Shown in pieces: positions 14,907 through 22,787 of a stretch of 24,000 nucleotides of DNA. Position 1 is the first letter of the stretch. Every line of letters starts with the position of its first letter. Source of the DNA: Candidatus Saccharimonadota bacterium (GTDB lineage: Bacteria; Patescibacteriota; Saccharimonadia; Saccharimonadales; Saccharimonadaceae); NCBI GenBank assembly GCA_009992235.1, contig JAACVZ010000001.1, positions 111,465 to 135,464 of the forward strand, in the 5' to 3' direction. A program made the translations under genes and the position numbers. The notes beneath the pieces were generated by a model. The model was not told the origin of the DNA, did not search any database, and saw only the letters and a list, made by a program, of their open reading frames with translations.

Positions 14907-15692
14907 CTAGGAGATGGCTGTCGTGAACGCTTCAACCGGTTTTGTCGGGTTCCAGAGCCAGTATACGGCCATGCTCGTAGCCACGCTTCCCCGCCAAATC
15001 GCCATTGGGTTCGTCCATTCGACAGACACGACGCCGCCGTTATGGGCAATTAGTAGGTGGTCATTATGAAGGACGGCTACGGCGGTCGGGTATGTGATAG
15101 TGAACTTGTGAAGTGCTTCAACCAAATTGGTCAGCTGCATGCTAAAAGTTAGCACCTTTGGATAATAAATCGACTGAAATAACTTCTGAAGCTGTGCGAA
15201 TGAAACAACTAGCAGCGTATTGTCGCGTTCGACGAGTGCCTGAGGGCTATTTTTTATAAGATCAATCGCATCACGGGTTATAACTAACCTTCCCTCGTAG
15301 TCTCGAAGAAACTCTTCGTAGACAATAGCGGTCTCGCTGCTTCGGCCGGCATCGCCAACCAAGAGTACGGCATCTGCCCATGATCCGAGGGCTCGCATTT
15401 CTGGTAGCGCATCTTTAGCGAGGCTGCCCGAGGGGTTGGTGGTTGCAAATACGGTGTTGGTGATAGTTGGTGGAATAGATTTCTTGAGAGCATCTGGCAA
15501 TAGAACACGAATCTCCCCAGCCCCAGTACTCGAGGCGGTTACGTATGCCTCGCCAACTCCGGCAAAACCAAGCGTGTTGCCGCCAATAATACCAAGCTTT
15601 CCGGCGCGCGAACGTTGCTCGGGTCGACTCCATTGGATGTCTGGAAAGAGTGGCTTAAAACCGGTCTGTTTTTTCCAGTATGAATGGTCCAT
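14907..15692 (-). CDS. Carbohydrate-kinase-fold protein resembling the YjeF C-terminal / NAD(P)H-hydrate dehydratase family, divergent
   Basis: RPEQRSRAGKLGIIGGNTLGFAGVGEAYVTASSTGAGEIRVLLP parallels the N-terminal family pattern. ADAVLLVGDAGRS parallels the GPGLG region. The C-terminal GxGD motif is not recognisable (WRGSVA in its place). A strong SD AAGGAG (15702-15697) lies 4 nt upstream of the ATG. Confidence 0.5.
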   Translation of the reverse strand: MDHSYWKKQTGFKPLFPDIQWSRPEQRSRAGKLGIIGGNTLGFAGVGEAYVTASSTGAGEIRVLLPDALKKSIPPTITNTVFATTNPSGSLAKDALPEMRALGSWADAVLLVGDAGRSSETAIVYEEFLRDYEGRLVITRDAIDLIKNSPQALVERDNTLLVVSFAQLQKLFQSIYYPKVLTFSMQLTNLVEALHKFTITYPTAVAVLHNDHLLIAHNGGVVSVEWTNPMAIWRGSVATSMAVYWLWNPTKPVEAFTTAIS

Positions 15693-16398
15693 CCTGCTCC
15701 TTTCCTTCCTTCCCGAGAGTATAGGCGATGTTTTTTCGTTGGATAACTACTTTCCAGTCTTTTTTCATGGCGACATCGAACAGAGGTGCAGATGGATTAA
15801 AAGCGATAGGCGTATCAACAATTTCAAGTATTGAGATGTCCCCCTCCGTATCACCAACCGCAACGCTTCCTTTGAGGGTAAGTTCTGGGTGTGACCCAAG
15901 ATACTCTGTGACAATAGAGTGTTTTCTACCCGGAACGCGGCGAATAATTGTGCCTGTGAAGGTTTCACCGTCTCGTTCGTACAGAGCACCGATGCAATCA
16001 TCAAAACCGTAGCGTTCGGTAAATGGCTCAACAATCTCTTGTTGAGAACCACTAACAGCTAGCAGGAAGTAACCCTGTTTTTTTAACGATTTGGCCAGAT
16101 TTTTTGTGTATGCATATGTTTTATGACCCGATTGAGCCATAACTGCCTTTACTGCATCGTTATAGACGTCTATGGGTAGCGACGCGATGATTGGTTCGAG
16201 CGAGTTGACGACCGCCATTTCATAGTCATGCCAGTCACGAAGGCCAGCGTTCCACTCGACGAGTGCATTCTCGAGAAGTTCTGCAGTGGGAGCATCGAAT
16301 ACGCCTCTGCTATTGAGCTCGAAGACAAGTTCATGATAAAGCTGCCAGCGGAAAAGAGTCCCGTCTATATCGAACACGGCAATTGGCTGTTTTTTCAT
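15655..16398 (-). CDS. HAD-superfamily hydrolase (subfamily IB, SerB-like)
   Basis: Motif I is FDIDGTLF, motif II is AVSGS, and motif III/IV is K...GDTEGDISIL. The ATG overlaps the xth stop (ATGA). The 3' end overlaps the next gene by 38 nt. Confidence 0.85.
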   Translation of the reverse strand: MKKQPIAVFDIDGTLFRWQLYHELVFELNSRGVFDAPTAELLENALVEWNAGLRDWHDYEMAVVNSLEPIIASLPIDVYNDAVKAVMAQSGHKTYAYTKNLAKSLKKQGYFLLAVSGSQQEIVEPFTERYGFDDCIGALYERDGETFTGTIIRRVPGRKHSIVTEYLGSHPELTLKGSVAVGDTEGDISILEIVDTPIAFNPSAPLFDVAMKKDWKVVIQRKNIAYTLGKEGKEQDGPFILEKTDRF

Positions 16399-17192
16399 AA
16401 TTTCACCTCAATGCTTACTGGACAGTGGTCTGAGCCCATGACATCTGGGTGGATTTTTGCATCAACAAGGCTATTCTCAAGCGACTTGCTAGCTAGCCAG
16501 TAGTCGATGCGCCAGCCGACGTTGCGAGCTCGGGCGTTGGCCCAGTGAGTCCACCAGCTGTAGGCTTCGGTTTTGTCGGGATAAAAGTGCCGGAAAGTGT
16601 CAATGAACCCGGCGTTTTCGAAAGCATCAAAGCCACTACGTTCTTCATTGGTGAAGCCGTGCTTGCCGATGTTTGCCTTAGGGTTTGCGAGATCAATTTC
16701 AGCGTGGGCGACGTTTAAGTCTCCGCAAACAAGAACTGGCTTTGTCTTTTCCAGTGCTTTGATGTGTGCCAAAAACGCTGGGTCCCATGCCTCGTGGCGG
16801 AACGTGAGGCGACTTAAGTCACCTTTCGAGTTTGGTGTATAAACAGTTACGACCCAGTATTTTTCGAATTCTGCCGAGATAACTCGCCCCTCAAGTGTGG
16901 CGTCGCCATAGGTATCGGTGAGCTGGTAGGTCTCGTTGATCTCATTAACAAATCTATTTATGACTTGCAGAGGTTTAATTTTCGTGAAAATAGCCGTACC
17001 GCTGTAGCCGGCTTTATCGGCGCTGTGCCAATACTCTTCATAGTCAGGGAGATCAATTTCGGCCTGCCCTTGTTTTGCTTTTGTTTCTTGAAGGCAAAGG
17101 ATATCTGGTTGATGCTCGGCTATGAATGACTGAAACGCGCCTTTATTGATGACGGCTCGAATACCGTTGACGTTCCAGGAATAGAGTTTCAT
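16395..17192 (-). CDS. xth: Exodeoxyribonuclease III (AP endonuclease)
   Basis: MKLYSWNVNGIRA, CLQETK, VCGDLNVAH, WWTHW, RIDY and SDHCPV motifs are present. Length 265 aa. Confidence 0.92.
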   Translation of the reverse strand: MKLYSWNVNGIRAVINKGAFQSFIAEHQPDILCLQETKAKQGQAEIDLPDYEEYWHSADKAGYSGTAIFTKIKPLQVINRFVNEINETYQLTDTYGDATLEGRVISAEFEKYWVVTVYTPNSKGDLSRLTFRHEAWDPAFLAHIKALEKTKPVLVCGDLNVAHAEIDLANPKANIGKHGFTNEERSGFDAFENAGFIDTFRHFYPDKTEAYSWWTHWANARARNVGWRIDYWLASKSLENSLVDAKIHPDVMGSDHCPVSIEVKL

Positions 17193-17647
17193 AGCTTAAC
17201 TTTCGCGTCACGTTCCTGGTCGCGCTTCTTTATAGCCTGACGTTTGTCGTAATGCTTCTTACCCTTACCGAGCGCAATAACTAGCTTGATATGACGTCCG
17301 CGAGTCAGTAGTCGCAACGGAACAATCGTCATGCCGGTGTGTTTTGCATCACTGAGATTATCAATTTGCTTGCGGTGCGCTAGAAGTTTTCTAGGTGAGG
17401 TGTCGACTGTTGATTCGTTGACGCCTTTGGTGTTGAGCACCAAGCTAAAGCTAGCGTTATTTAACCATAGTTCGTCGTTTCGGATGGTCACGAAGGCGCC
17501 TTTTAGTTGAACGCGGCCATCACGAACAGCTCGCACTTCCCTTCCAGTGAGTGCGATGCCAACTGTAAGTTCCTCGTCGAGCGCATAATCATACGACGCT
17601 CGGCGGTTCACGATAGCTGATGCCGGTGTTCGTGCACGTTTCTTCAT
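17189..17647 (-). CDS. smpB: SsrA-binding protein
   Basis: NRRASYDYALDEELTVGIALTGREVRAVR, RKLLAHRKQI, and a C-terminal GKGKKHYDKRQAIKKRDQERD tail are present. ATG 17647 (153 aa) is preferred over the 199-aa ORF, which would overlap the upstream GT4 gene. Confidence 0.9.
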   Translation of the reverse strand: MKKRARTPASAIVNRRASYDYALDEELTVGIALTGREVRAVRDGRVQLKGAFVTIRNDELWLNNASFSLVLNTKGVNESTVDTSPRKLLAHRKQIDNLSDAKHTGMTIVPLRLLTRGRHIKLVIALGKGKKHYDKRQAIKKRDQERDAKVKL

Positions 17648-17656
17648 ACTACGTTT

Positions 17657-17665
17657 AGTATAGCA
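17657..17665 (-). promoter_or_regulatory. Extended -10 promoter (TGCTATACT) 9 nt upstream of the smpB ATG
   Basis: The minus strand reads TGCTATACT-aaacgtagt-ATG(17647). There is no SD in the spacer. Confidence 0.5.
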
Positions 17666-17681
17666 GACAGGGGTCGCTTTG

Positions 17682-18761
17682 CTATTTTGTGAGCGATTGC
17701 ATCGCCTTAAGAAGAGTTTCGGCTGATTTTTTCCAGTTAAATTGAGCAATGTGAGCCGTGCCGTACTTGGTGAGCTGTTTATACCCATCAGGTGAAGAGG
17801 CTTGTTTTACTCTTTCAGCAAATACGGCCGGGTCTTCCGCCGGGAAATACACAGCACCCTTTCCAGCCACCTCACGGTGGATTTCTAGATCGCTGGCTAC
17901 AACTGGTACGCCAAGCTCCAGTGACTCGGCTAATGGTAGGCCGTAACCTTCATCAAGGCTGCCGGTGACGAGTAGTGCGTTATTAGCTAGAAGTTTTGCG
18001 TACTCTTCGTCACTTACACCGTTATGGTAGACCACCTTGGCGCCGCGGGGCGTCATTTTTTTGTACTCTGACTTTCGTTCGGGCGTGATGCGACTCAGAA
18101 GATGAAGTGTGTAGCCAGGAAGGTATTCGAGCCCTTTTATAAGTGTTTCAACATTTTTATACGGCATGAACGAACCCATGTATACAAGATTTGTCGCAGT
18201 GTCCTTCGGCGCATTTACTGGCTTTTTGAGGTATCTCTCAAGACGTTGTGGCGCATTCGGTACGACAATAACTGGGCGTTTTGTAAGATGAACTTTTTCA
18301 AAATCGCGCTTCGATGTTTCACTGACCGTTGCGACAATGTCCGCGGCATTAAGCGTGAGGCGTTGCGGTACGTAGCTGGCGTGAAATATCCGCCATCCCA
18401 TTCGAATGTGCCACGCAAGGCGGGGCGGTGGCATACGGTGACGATAGTAAATCATGTCATGGAGCGTCAGGATTAGTTTATAGCGACGGCCGAACGAGCC
18501 GATAGTTTGCATAGGTGAAAAAACCACATCCGGATGGTATTTATTGAGAATAAGAGCGGAAAACGGTTCTTTTGGTGAGATTGGAGCGTGTATCGTCAGT
18601 GTTTTGGCGCTTTTAGGTAGAAACGCTTTTTGGGCATCGTCGAAGATCAGGAAAGTGACGTCGGTGAGCTTCGCCAATGCATGCCCGAGCTCCATAGAAT
18701 ATCGACTAATACCATCGTGGAAGTCGGTTCGAATGTACCTGGCGTCGTAAAGCACTTTCAT
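17682..18761 (-). CDS. Glycosyltransferase family 4 (GT-B fold)
   Basis: The C-terminal EX7E-type region is SLDEGYGLPLAESLELGVPVVASD. The N-terminus is MKVLYDARYI. ATG 18761 is preferred over 18779 because the -10 element lies between the two. Confidence 0.85.
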   Translation of the reverse strand: MKVLYDARYIRTDFHDGISRYSMELGHALAKLTDVTFLIFDDAQKAFLPKSAKTLTIHAPISPKEPFSALILNKYHPDVVFSPMQTIGSFGRRYKLILTLHDMIYYRHRMPPPRLAWHIRMGWRIFHASYVPQRLTLNAADIVATVSETSKRDFEKVHLTKRPVIVVPNAPQRLERYLKKPVNAPKDTATNLVYMGSFMPYKNVETLIKGLEYLPGYTLHLLSRITPERKSEYKKMTPRGAKVVYHNGVSDEEYAKLLANNALLVTGSLDEGYGLPLAESLELGVPVVASDLEIHREVAGKGAVYFPAEDPAVFAERVKQASSPDGYKQLTKYGTAHIAQFNWKKSAETLLKAMQSLTK

Positions 18762-18769
18762 GTGGTGAT

Positions 18770-18787
18770 ATTGTAGCATGATATAAT
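18770..18787. promoter_or_regulatory. Back-to-back divergent extended -10 elements (minus TGCTACAAT, plus TGATATAAT)
   Basis: The plus-strand text is ATTGTAGCA|TGATATAAT. The left half (18770-18778) read on the minus strand is TGCTACAAT, 8 nt before ATG 18761. The right half (18779-18787) is TGATATAAT, 10 nt before ATG 18798. Confidence 0.6.
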
Positions 18788-18797
18788 ACGCCTATAT

Positions 18798-19964
18798 ATG
18801 AAAATCCTCATCGCATCGGATCTTCACTATCCGACCATTAATGGCGTATCAACGTTTAGTCGCAATCTTGCAAAAGGTATGGCTGGGCGTGGTCATGAAG
18901 TTGTGGTTATTGCCCCAAGTCAGACTGGCAAAAAATGTAAAGAAGTTGATGGCAACCACACTATTATCCGCACAACGTCGGTACCATTTCCGTTTTATCA
19001 AAACTTTCGCATATCGCTTGCTCCCGACCGTGAAGTGAAGAAAATTCTCGCCGAGTTCGACCCGGATGTTATTCACATACAAATGCTGCTTGGTATTGGC
19101 CAGTCGACGATGAAATATGGCAATAAAATGGGTATTCCGATTGTCAGCACTAACCACGCTATACCTGAAAACCTTATGGACAACTTGCGCCTTCTCGCGC
19201 CTGTCTCGCGCCCAATCAACTATATTTTAAAAGAGTATTTTTCTAGGTTTCATTTGAAGGCGGACTACGTAACACTCCCGACGAAGTCGGCAATTGGCAT
19301 GATGAACATTGAGGGACGCATGAAGCAGCCCGTTGAGGCGGTTTCAAATGGTATCGACCTAGCACACTTTCAGCCGGGGGAGTTTGACCCACGGGTAGCG
19401 AAGCGCTTCGAGTTGCCGCTCGATGTGCCTATCGTTAGCTATATTGGACGAGTCGATGCTGAAAAGCACCTGCCGGTTCTATTCAAGGCTTTCAAGCGTG
19501 TGCACGAGTCGGTTCCTGACGCACATTTGCTTATTGTCGGCGGCGGTACCGAATTTGATAATCTAAATGACTTAGCTCGCCACTTGGGTATTGCCCGCCA
19601 CGTCACACTAACTGGACGCGTTAGCGACGAAGATCTTGTGGCGCTTCATAAAGCCGGCACGGTGTATTGTATGCCCTCCCCTGCCGAGCTACAGAGCATT
19701 GCGACACTTGAGGCTATGGCTAGTGGTCAGCCGATTGTTGCCGTTGATGCTGGTGCGCTCGGTGAGCTGTGTCAGGACAAGCGGAACGGCTATTTGTGTG
19801 ATCAAGATGATGAAGAGGCCATTGCAGACGGTATACGGGCTATTATCACCGACCCAGCCTTGCGAAAACAGTTTAGCCACGAAAGCCTAGCTATTGCCAA
19901 GACGCATGATATTCAAACAACATACGATCGCTTTGAAGCGATATACACCAAACTTATTTCTTAG
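18798..19964 (+). CDS. Glycosyltransferase family 4 (GT-B fold)
   Basis: The N-terminus is MKILIASDLHYPTINGVSTFSRNLAKGMAGRGHEVVVIAP. The GRVDAEK motif is present. The C-terminal region is PSPAELQSIATLEAMASGQPIVAVDAGALGE. Confidence 0.88.
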   Translation: MKILIASDLHYPTINGVSTFSRNLAKGMAGRGHEVVVIAPSQTGKKCKEVDGNHTIIRTTSVPFPFYQNFRISLAPDREVKKILAEFDPDVIHIQMLLGIGQSTMKYGNKMGIPIVSTNHAIPENLMDNLRLLAPVSRPINYILKEYFSRFHLKADYVTLPTKSAIGMMNIEGRMKQPVEAVSNGIDLAHFQPGEFDPRVAKRFELPLDVPIVSYIGRVDAEKHLPVLFKAFKRVHESVPDAHLLIVGGGTEFDNLNDLARHLGIARHVTLTGRVSDEDLVALHKAGTVYCMPSPAELQSIATLEAMASGQPIVAVDAGALGELCQDKRNGYLCDQDDEEAIADGIRAIITDPALRKQFSHESLAIAKTHDIQTTYDRFEAIYTKLIS

Positions 19965-20745
19965 CAGTTATTCCGAGCCACGTTTTTATAAGACGCACCA
20001 CTTCACTTGGTGTTTCGTAGTGAGTTAAATGCCCAACGTTATCGATTGTTGCAATACGGGCATTTTTAAAACGTCGCGCCAGTTCGTACTGTTTTCCAAG
20101 CGGAGTTATATCGTCTAACGATGCGGCGATAATTAGCGTCGGTACGGGAATGCGAGCAGCAAATTCACCGACCGTATGGCCAACCGAAGTTTCAAACCCT
20201 TCCATGACCGATTTTGCGCTGTGGAAAGTACTGAAGTAGCGAAAGTGTTGATCGTGAATGAATGCGCGAAGCTTCTTGTCTTTAGTCTTTGCCATACTGT
20301 AGCTCATAATAAAGACCATCGGCTTCATGCCTAGCCATCGCCTTCCGGCTCGTTCGGGAAGTTTTTCGCCAACTCTGTAATAGAACACGGCAAGTTTTGT
20401 CAGGATTTTCTTCGGACCCTCAAGCGCTGGAGCACCAATTGGGTTAACGAGAATAAGTTTTGTTACTGAACGAGGATGTTTCGCAACATAGGCGCTAGCA
20501 ACAATACTTCCAAACGAGTGACCAAGTAATATTGGCTTTTCTTTAAGAGATTGCTTCTTCATGAATCCATCGAGCCAGGTCACGTAGCCATCGAGGTCGT
20601 GTTTTTCAAGCTTGTCGCCCTTGGCAAACCCAGGAAGGTCCGGTACGATGACGGTAAAATCTTTTTCAAGTCGTTTTGCAATAAGAGCAAGGCCGTGATG
20701 CGTACCACGAAATCCGTGAATCATAACGAGGGTTGGTTTTGCCAT
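19954..20745 (-). CDS. Alpha/beta-fold hydrolase
   Basis: HGFRG oxyanion region, nucleophile elbow GHSFGS, and C-terminal D...GH (DNVGHLTHYE). ATG 20745 (MAKPTLVMIHGF) is preferred over the longer ORF, which would overlap the glutaredoxin-like gene. Confidence 0.85.
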   Translation of the reverse strand: MAKPTLVMIHGFRGTHHGLALIAKRLEKDFTVIVPDLPGFAKGDKLEKHDLDGYVTWLDGFMKKQSLKEKPILLGHSFGSIVASAYVAKHPRSVTKLILVNPIGAPALEGPKKILTKLAVFYYRVGEKLPERAGRRWLGMKPMVFIMSYSMAKTKDKKLRAFIHDQHFRYFSTFHSAKSVMEGFETSVGHTVGEFAARIPVPTLIIAASLDDITPLGKQYELARRFKNARIATIDNVGHLTHYETPSEVVRLIKTWLGITAKK

Positions 20746-20758
20746 AAGAACTAGGTTA

Positions 20759-21040
20759 TTAGGCTGTTGCCGTCGGTTGGATGTTGTGTGCCTGCATAGC
20801 TGCTTGAAGTTTTGGACGGTCAAAACCAAGAATGATATCACCGCCTATGTCAGTAACGGGGACGCCGCGGAAGTCGTTGTTGATTTTCTTCATAAGCTCG
20901 TCGTGAGCAGATTGGTCGGCCTCGATGTCTTTTGCGACATAAGGGATGCCCATTCGGTCTAACCATTGCATTTCAGTGTGGCAGAAGGCGCACCAGCTCG
21001 TGCGGTAAAGGATGATTTGTGGTGATTTCGTGTCGCTCAT
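20759..21040 (-). CDS. Glutaredoxin-like / NrdH-like small redox protein
   Basis: The active site WCAFC and the GVPVT...GF pattern of the thioredoxin fold are present. ATG 21040 has GGAGGA 4 nt upstream (21050-21045). The TTG at 21052 would lie over that SD. Confidence 0.8.
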   Translation of the reverse strand: MSDTKSPQIILYRTSWCAFCHTEMQWLDRMGIPYVAKDIEADQSAHDELMKKINNDFRGVPVTDIGGDIILGFDRPKLQAAMQAHNIQPTATA

Positions 21041-21073
21041 AGATTCCTCCAAGTAGTTGTTTTCGTCATATTT

Positions 21074-21081
21074 ATTATACA
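21074..21081 (-). promoter_or_regulatory. Candidate -10 (TGTATAAT) for the glutaredoxin-like/hydrolase unit
   Basis: The minus-strand TATAAT lies at 21079-21074, preceded by TG. The 33-nt leader contains GGAGGA. Confidence 0.45.
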
Positions 21082-21135
21082 GGATGTCGGTTGAGATATA
21101 AAGCGGTGGTTACCCTATACCTAAGGCGTTTTTTT

Positions 21136-21144
21136 TGATACAAT
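21136..21144 (+). promoter_or_regulatory. Extended -10 promoter (TGATACAAT) 9 nt upstream of the atpB ATG
   Basis: The sequence is TGATACAAT-acagcctgt-ATG(21154), preceded by a T8 tract. There is no SD. Confidence 0.5.
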
Positions 21145-21153
21145 ACAGCCTGT

Positions 21154-21984
21154 ATGTTTTCCCTTATGACGACGAGAGTAGCCGCCGCCGATCTCCACAT
21201 TTCTATTTCAGCTCAGCCACTGTTTGAGGTGTTTGGTATTACCATCACAAACGCAGTTTTTACTGGTGCCGTGGGCGCCTTAATTGTCGTGGCGATATTG
21301 TCCTTCGTGGCAATAAAGGTGCGAAGAGGGTCGCACAATCGTTTCACCGGACTAATTCAGTGGGTTTTTGAAGGGCTTTTGAAGCAAATTCACGCCGTTA
21401 TCCCCGACCAACGGGTTGCACGACACATTACCCCGCTAGCCGTGACCATCTTTTTTGTTGTTCTTGTGCAGTACTGGATGAGCGTTATTCCTGGACCCGA
21501 GTCGCTTACTTGGAACGGCGTTCCGCTTCTTCGAAGCCTGACGGCCGACCTTAACTTTACGCTCGCTTTGGCGGTGATTACTATTGTTACCGTACAGCTA
21601 TATGCTATAAAGCACCTTGGTGTATTTGCGAACGCCGGTCGGTATTTCCGAAACCCACTCAAGGACCCGATTGGCGCATTTGAAGGCGTGCTCGAGCTCA
21701 TTGGTGAGGCGTCTCGTGGAGCGGCGCTTGCGCTTCGTTTGTTTGGAAACGCATTTGCTGGCGAGGTACTTCTGGTTATAATCGCCGTTCTGACCAGCTA
21801 CTTTGCGTCAGTCGTTCTGCCCTTCTTTATGGCGTTCGAGTTATTCATTGGCTTTATTCAGGCCTACGTTTTCTTCATGCTTGCCCTCATTTTTACCGCG
21901 TTGGCCGTTTCACACCACGATTCCGATGAACACACTCACCCCTCTGATGACCCTATATCGACAAAGGTCGTTCATCAGGGGTGA
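21154..21984 (+). CDS. atpB: F0F1 ATP synthase subunit a
   Basis: The essential-Arg region LALRLFGNAFAGEVLL is present in a multi-TM protein at the head of the atp operon. A His/Asp-rich C-terminal extension (SHHDSDEHTHPSDD) is present. ATG 21169 is an alternative start. Confidence 0.9.
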   Translation: MFSLMTTRVAAADLHISISAQPLFEVFGITITNAVFTGAVGALIVVAILSFVAIKVRRGSHNRFTGLIQWVFEGLLKQIHAVIPDQRVARHITPLAVTIFFVVLVQYWMSVIPGPESLTWNGVPLLRSLTADLNFTLALAVITIVTVQLYAIKHLGVFANAGRYFRNPLKDPIGAFEGVLELIGEASRGAALALRLFGNAFAGEVLLVIIAVLTSYFASVVLPFFMAFELFIGFIQAYVFFMLALIFTALAVSHHDSDEHTHPSDDPISTKVVHQG

Positions 21985-21986
21985 TG

Positions 21987-21995
21987 TGCTATAAT
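21987..21995 (+). promoter_or_regulatory. Candidate internal extended -10 (TGCTATAAT) between atpB and atpE
   Basis: The element starts 3 nt after the atpB stop. It is followed by a 30-nt leader with AAGGAG (22009-22014) before ATG 22026. Confidence 0.4.
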
Positions 21996-22025
21996 AAGAA
22001 GTAATTAAAAGGAGAAAAAATAACT

Positions 22026-22238
22026 ATGGACGCATTATCATTTGGCCTTACCTACGCCATTCCCGCAATTGGTGCGGCACTTGCTATTGGCCTTATTGGT
22101 GCAGCAGCGCTAAACGCTTTCGGTCGTAACCCAGAAAAACTAAGTGATATTCGAACGCTTATGATCACCGCTATTGTGTTTGCCGACTCGTTGGCTATCA
22201 TCGGTATCATTGTTGCGATTATCGCAATGTTCTTATAG
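22026..22238 (+). CDS. atpE: F0F1 ATP synthase subunit c
   Basis: The 70-aa protein is a two-helix hairpin with the polar loop GRNPEK and the carboxylate in helix 2 (FADSLAIIG). Confidence 0.9.
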   Translation: MDALSFGLTYAIPAIGAALAIGLIGAAALNAFGRNPEKLSDIRTLMITAIVFADSLAIIGIIVAIIAMFL

Positions 22239-22250
22239 GAGTTATAACGA

Positions 22251-22787
22251 GTGACATTCTATACAACTGTCGCTGAGGCGACATCCGGTTCTGGTGATTT
22301 GCTGAGTGCGCTTGGCATTAACTGGCAACTTCTGATTATTCAAATTGTTGCCTTTCTTTTACTTGTGGCGCTTCTTGGTCGCTTTGTGTACCCATGGCTT
22401 ATGAAGTCGGTTGATCAACGTCAGAAAGATATAGAAGATGCCAAAAATGCGAGCATTGAAGCTCAGCGCGCTGCGCAGCAGAGCCAAAAAGACGGTGAAG
22501 CATTGCTCGATGAGGCTCGACGTGAAGCAACTGATATTGTGGCAACGGCAAAACAGGAAGCATCTGATATTGTTTCAACCAGTGAAGAAAAGTCTCGTCT
22601 TGTTGCAGAGCGAATTGCAAAAGAAGCCCGCGATGACATTGGCCGAGACGTTGAAGCGGCTCGCAAACAACTTCGCGCCGAGACACTCGAACTTGTTGCA
22701 CTCGCGACCGAAAAAGTTGTCGGAAAAGTACACACCAAGAAGCCAGACGAAGCCTTGATTGCTGAAGCCCTGAAGGAGAGTAAATAG
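22251..22787 (+). CDS. atpF: F0F1 ATP synthase subunit b
   Basis: GTG start with GGAG 9 nt upstream. A single N-terminal TM is followed by a long charged Ala/Glu/Lys/Arg-rich helix. Its position in the operon also fits. Confidence 0.85.
   Translation: MTFYTTVAEATSGSGDLLSALGINWQLLIIQIVAFLLLVALLGRFVYPWLMKSVDQRQKDIEDAKNASIEAQRAAQQSQKDGEALLDEARREATDIVATAKQEASDIVSTSEEKSRLVAERIAKEARDDIGRDVEAARKQLRAETLELVALATEKVVGKVHTKKPDEALIAEALKESK

Noticed and set aside
17189-17788. Longer ORF versions: smpB 199 aa (to 17788), hydrolase 295 aa (to 20841), membrane protein 336 aa (to 11417), GT4 from 18779, and glutaredoxin-like from TTG 21052.
   Set aside because: The N-terminal extensions are non-homologous, and some of them overlap neighbouring genes. 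They run across the promoter or SD elements, and family-typical N-termini begin at the internal ATGs.
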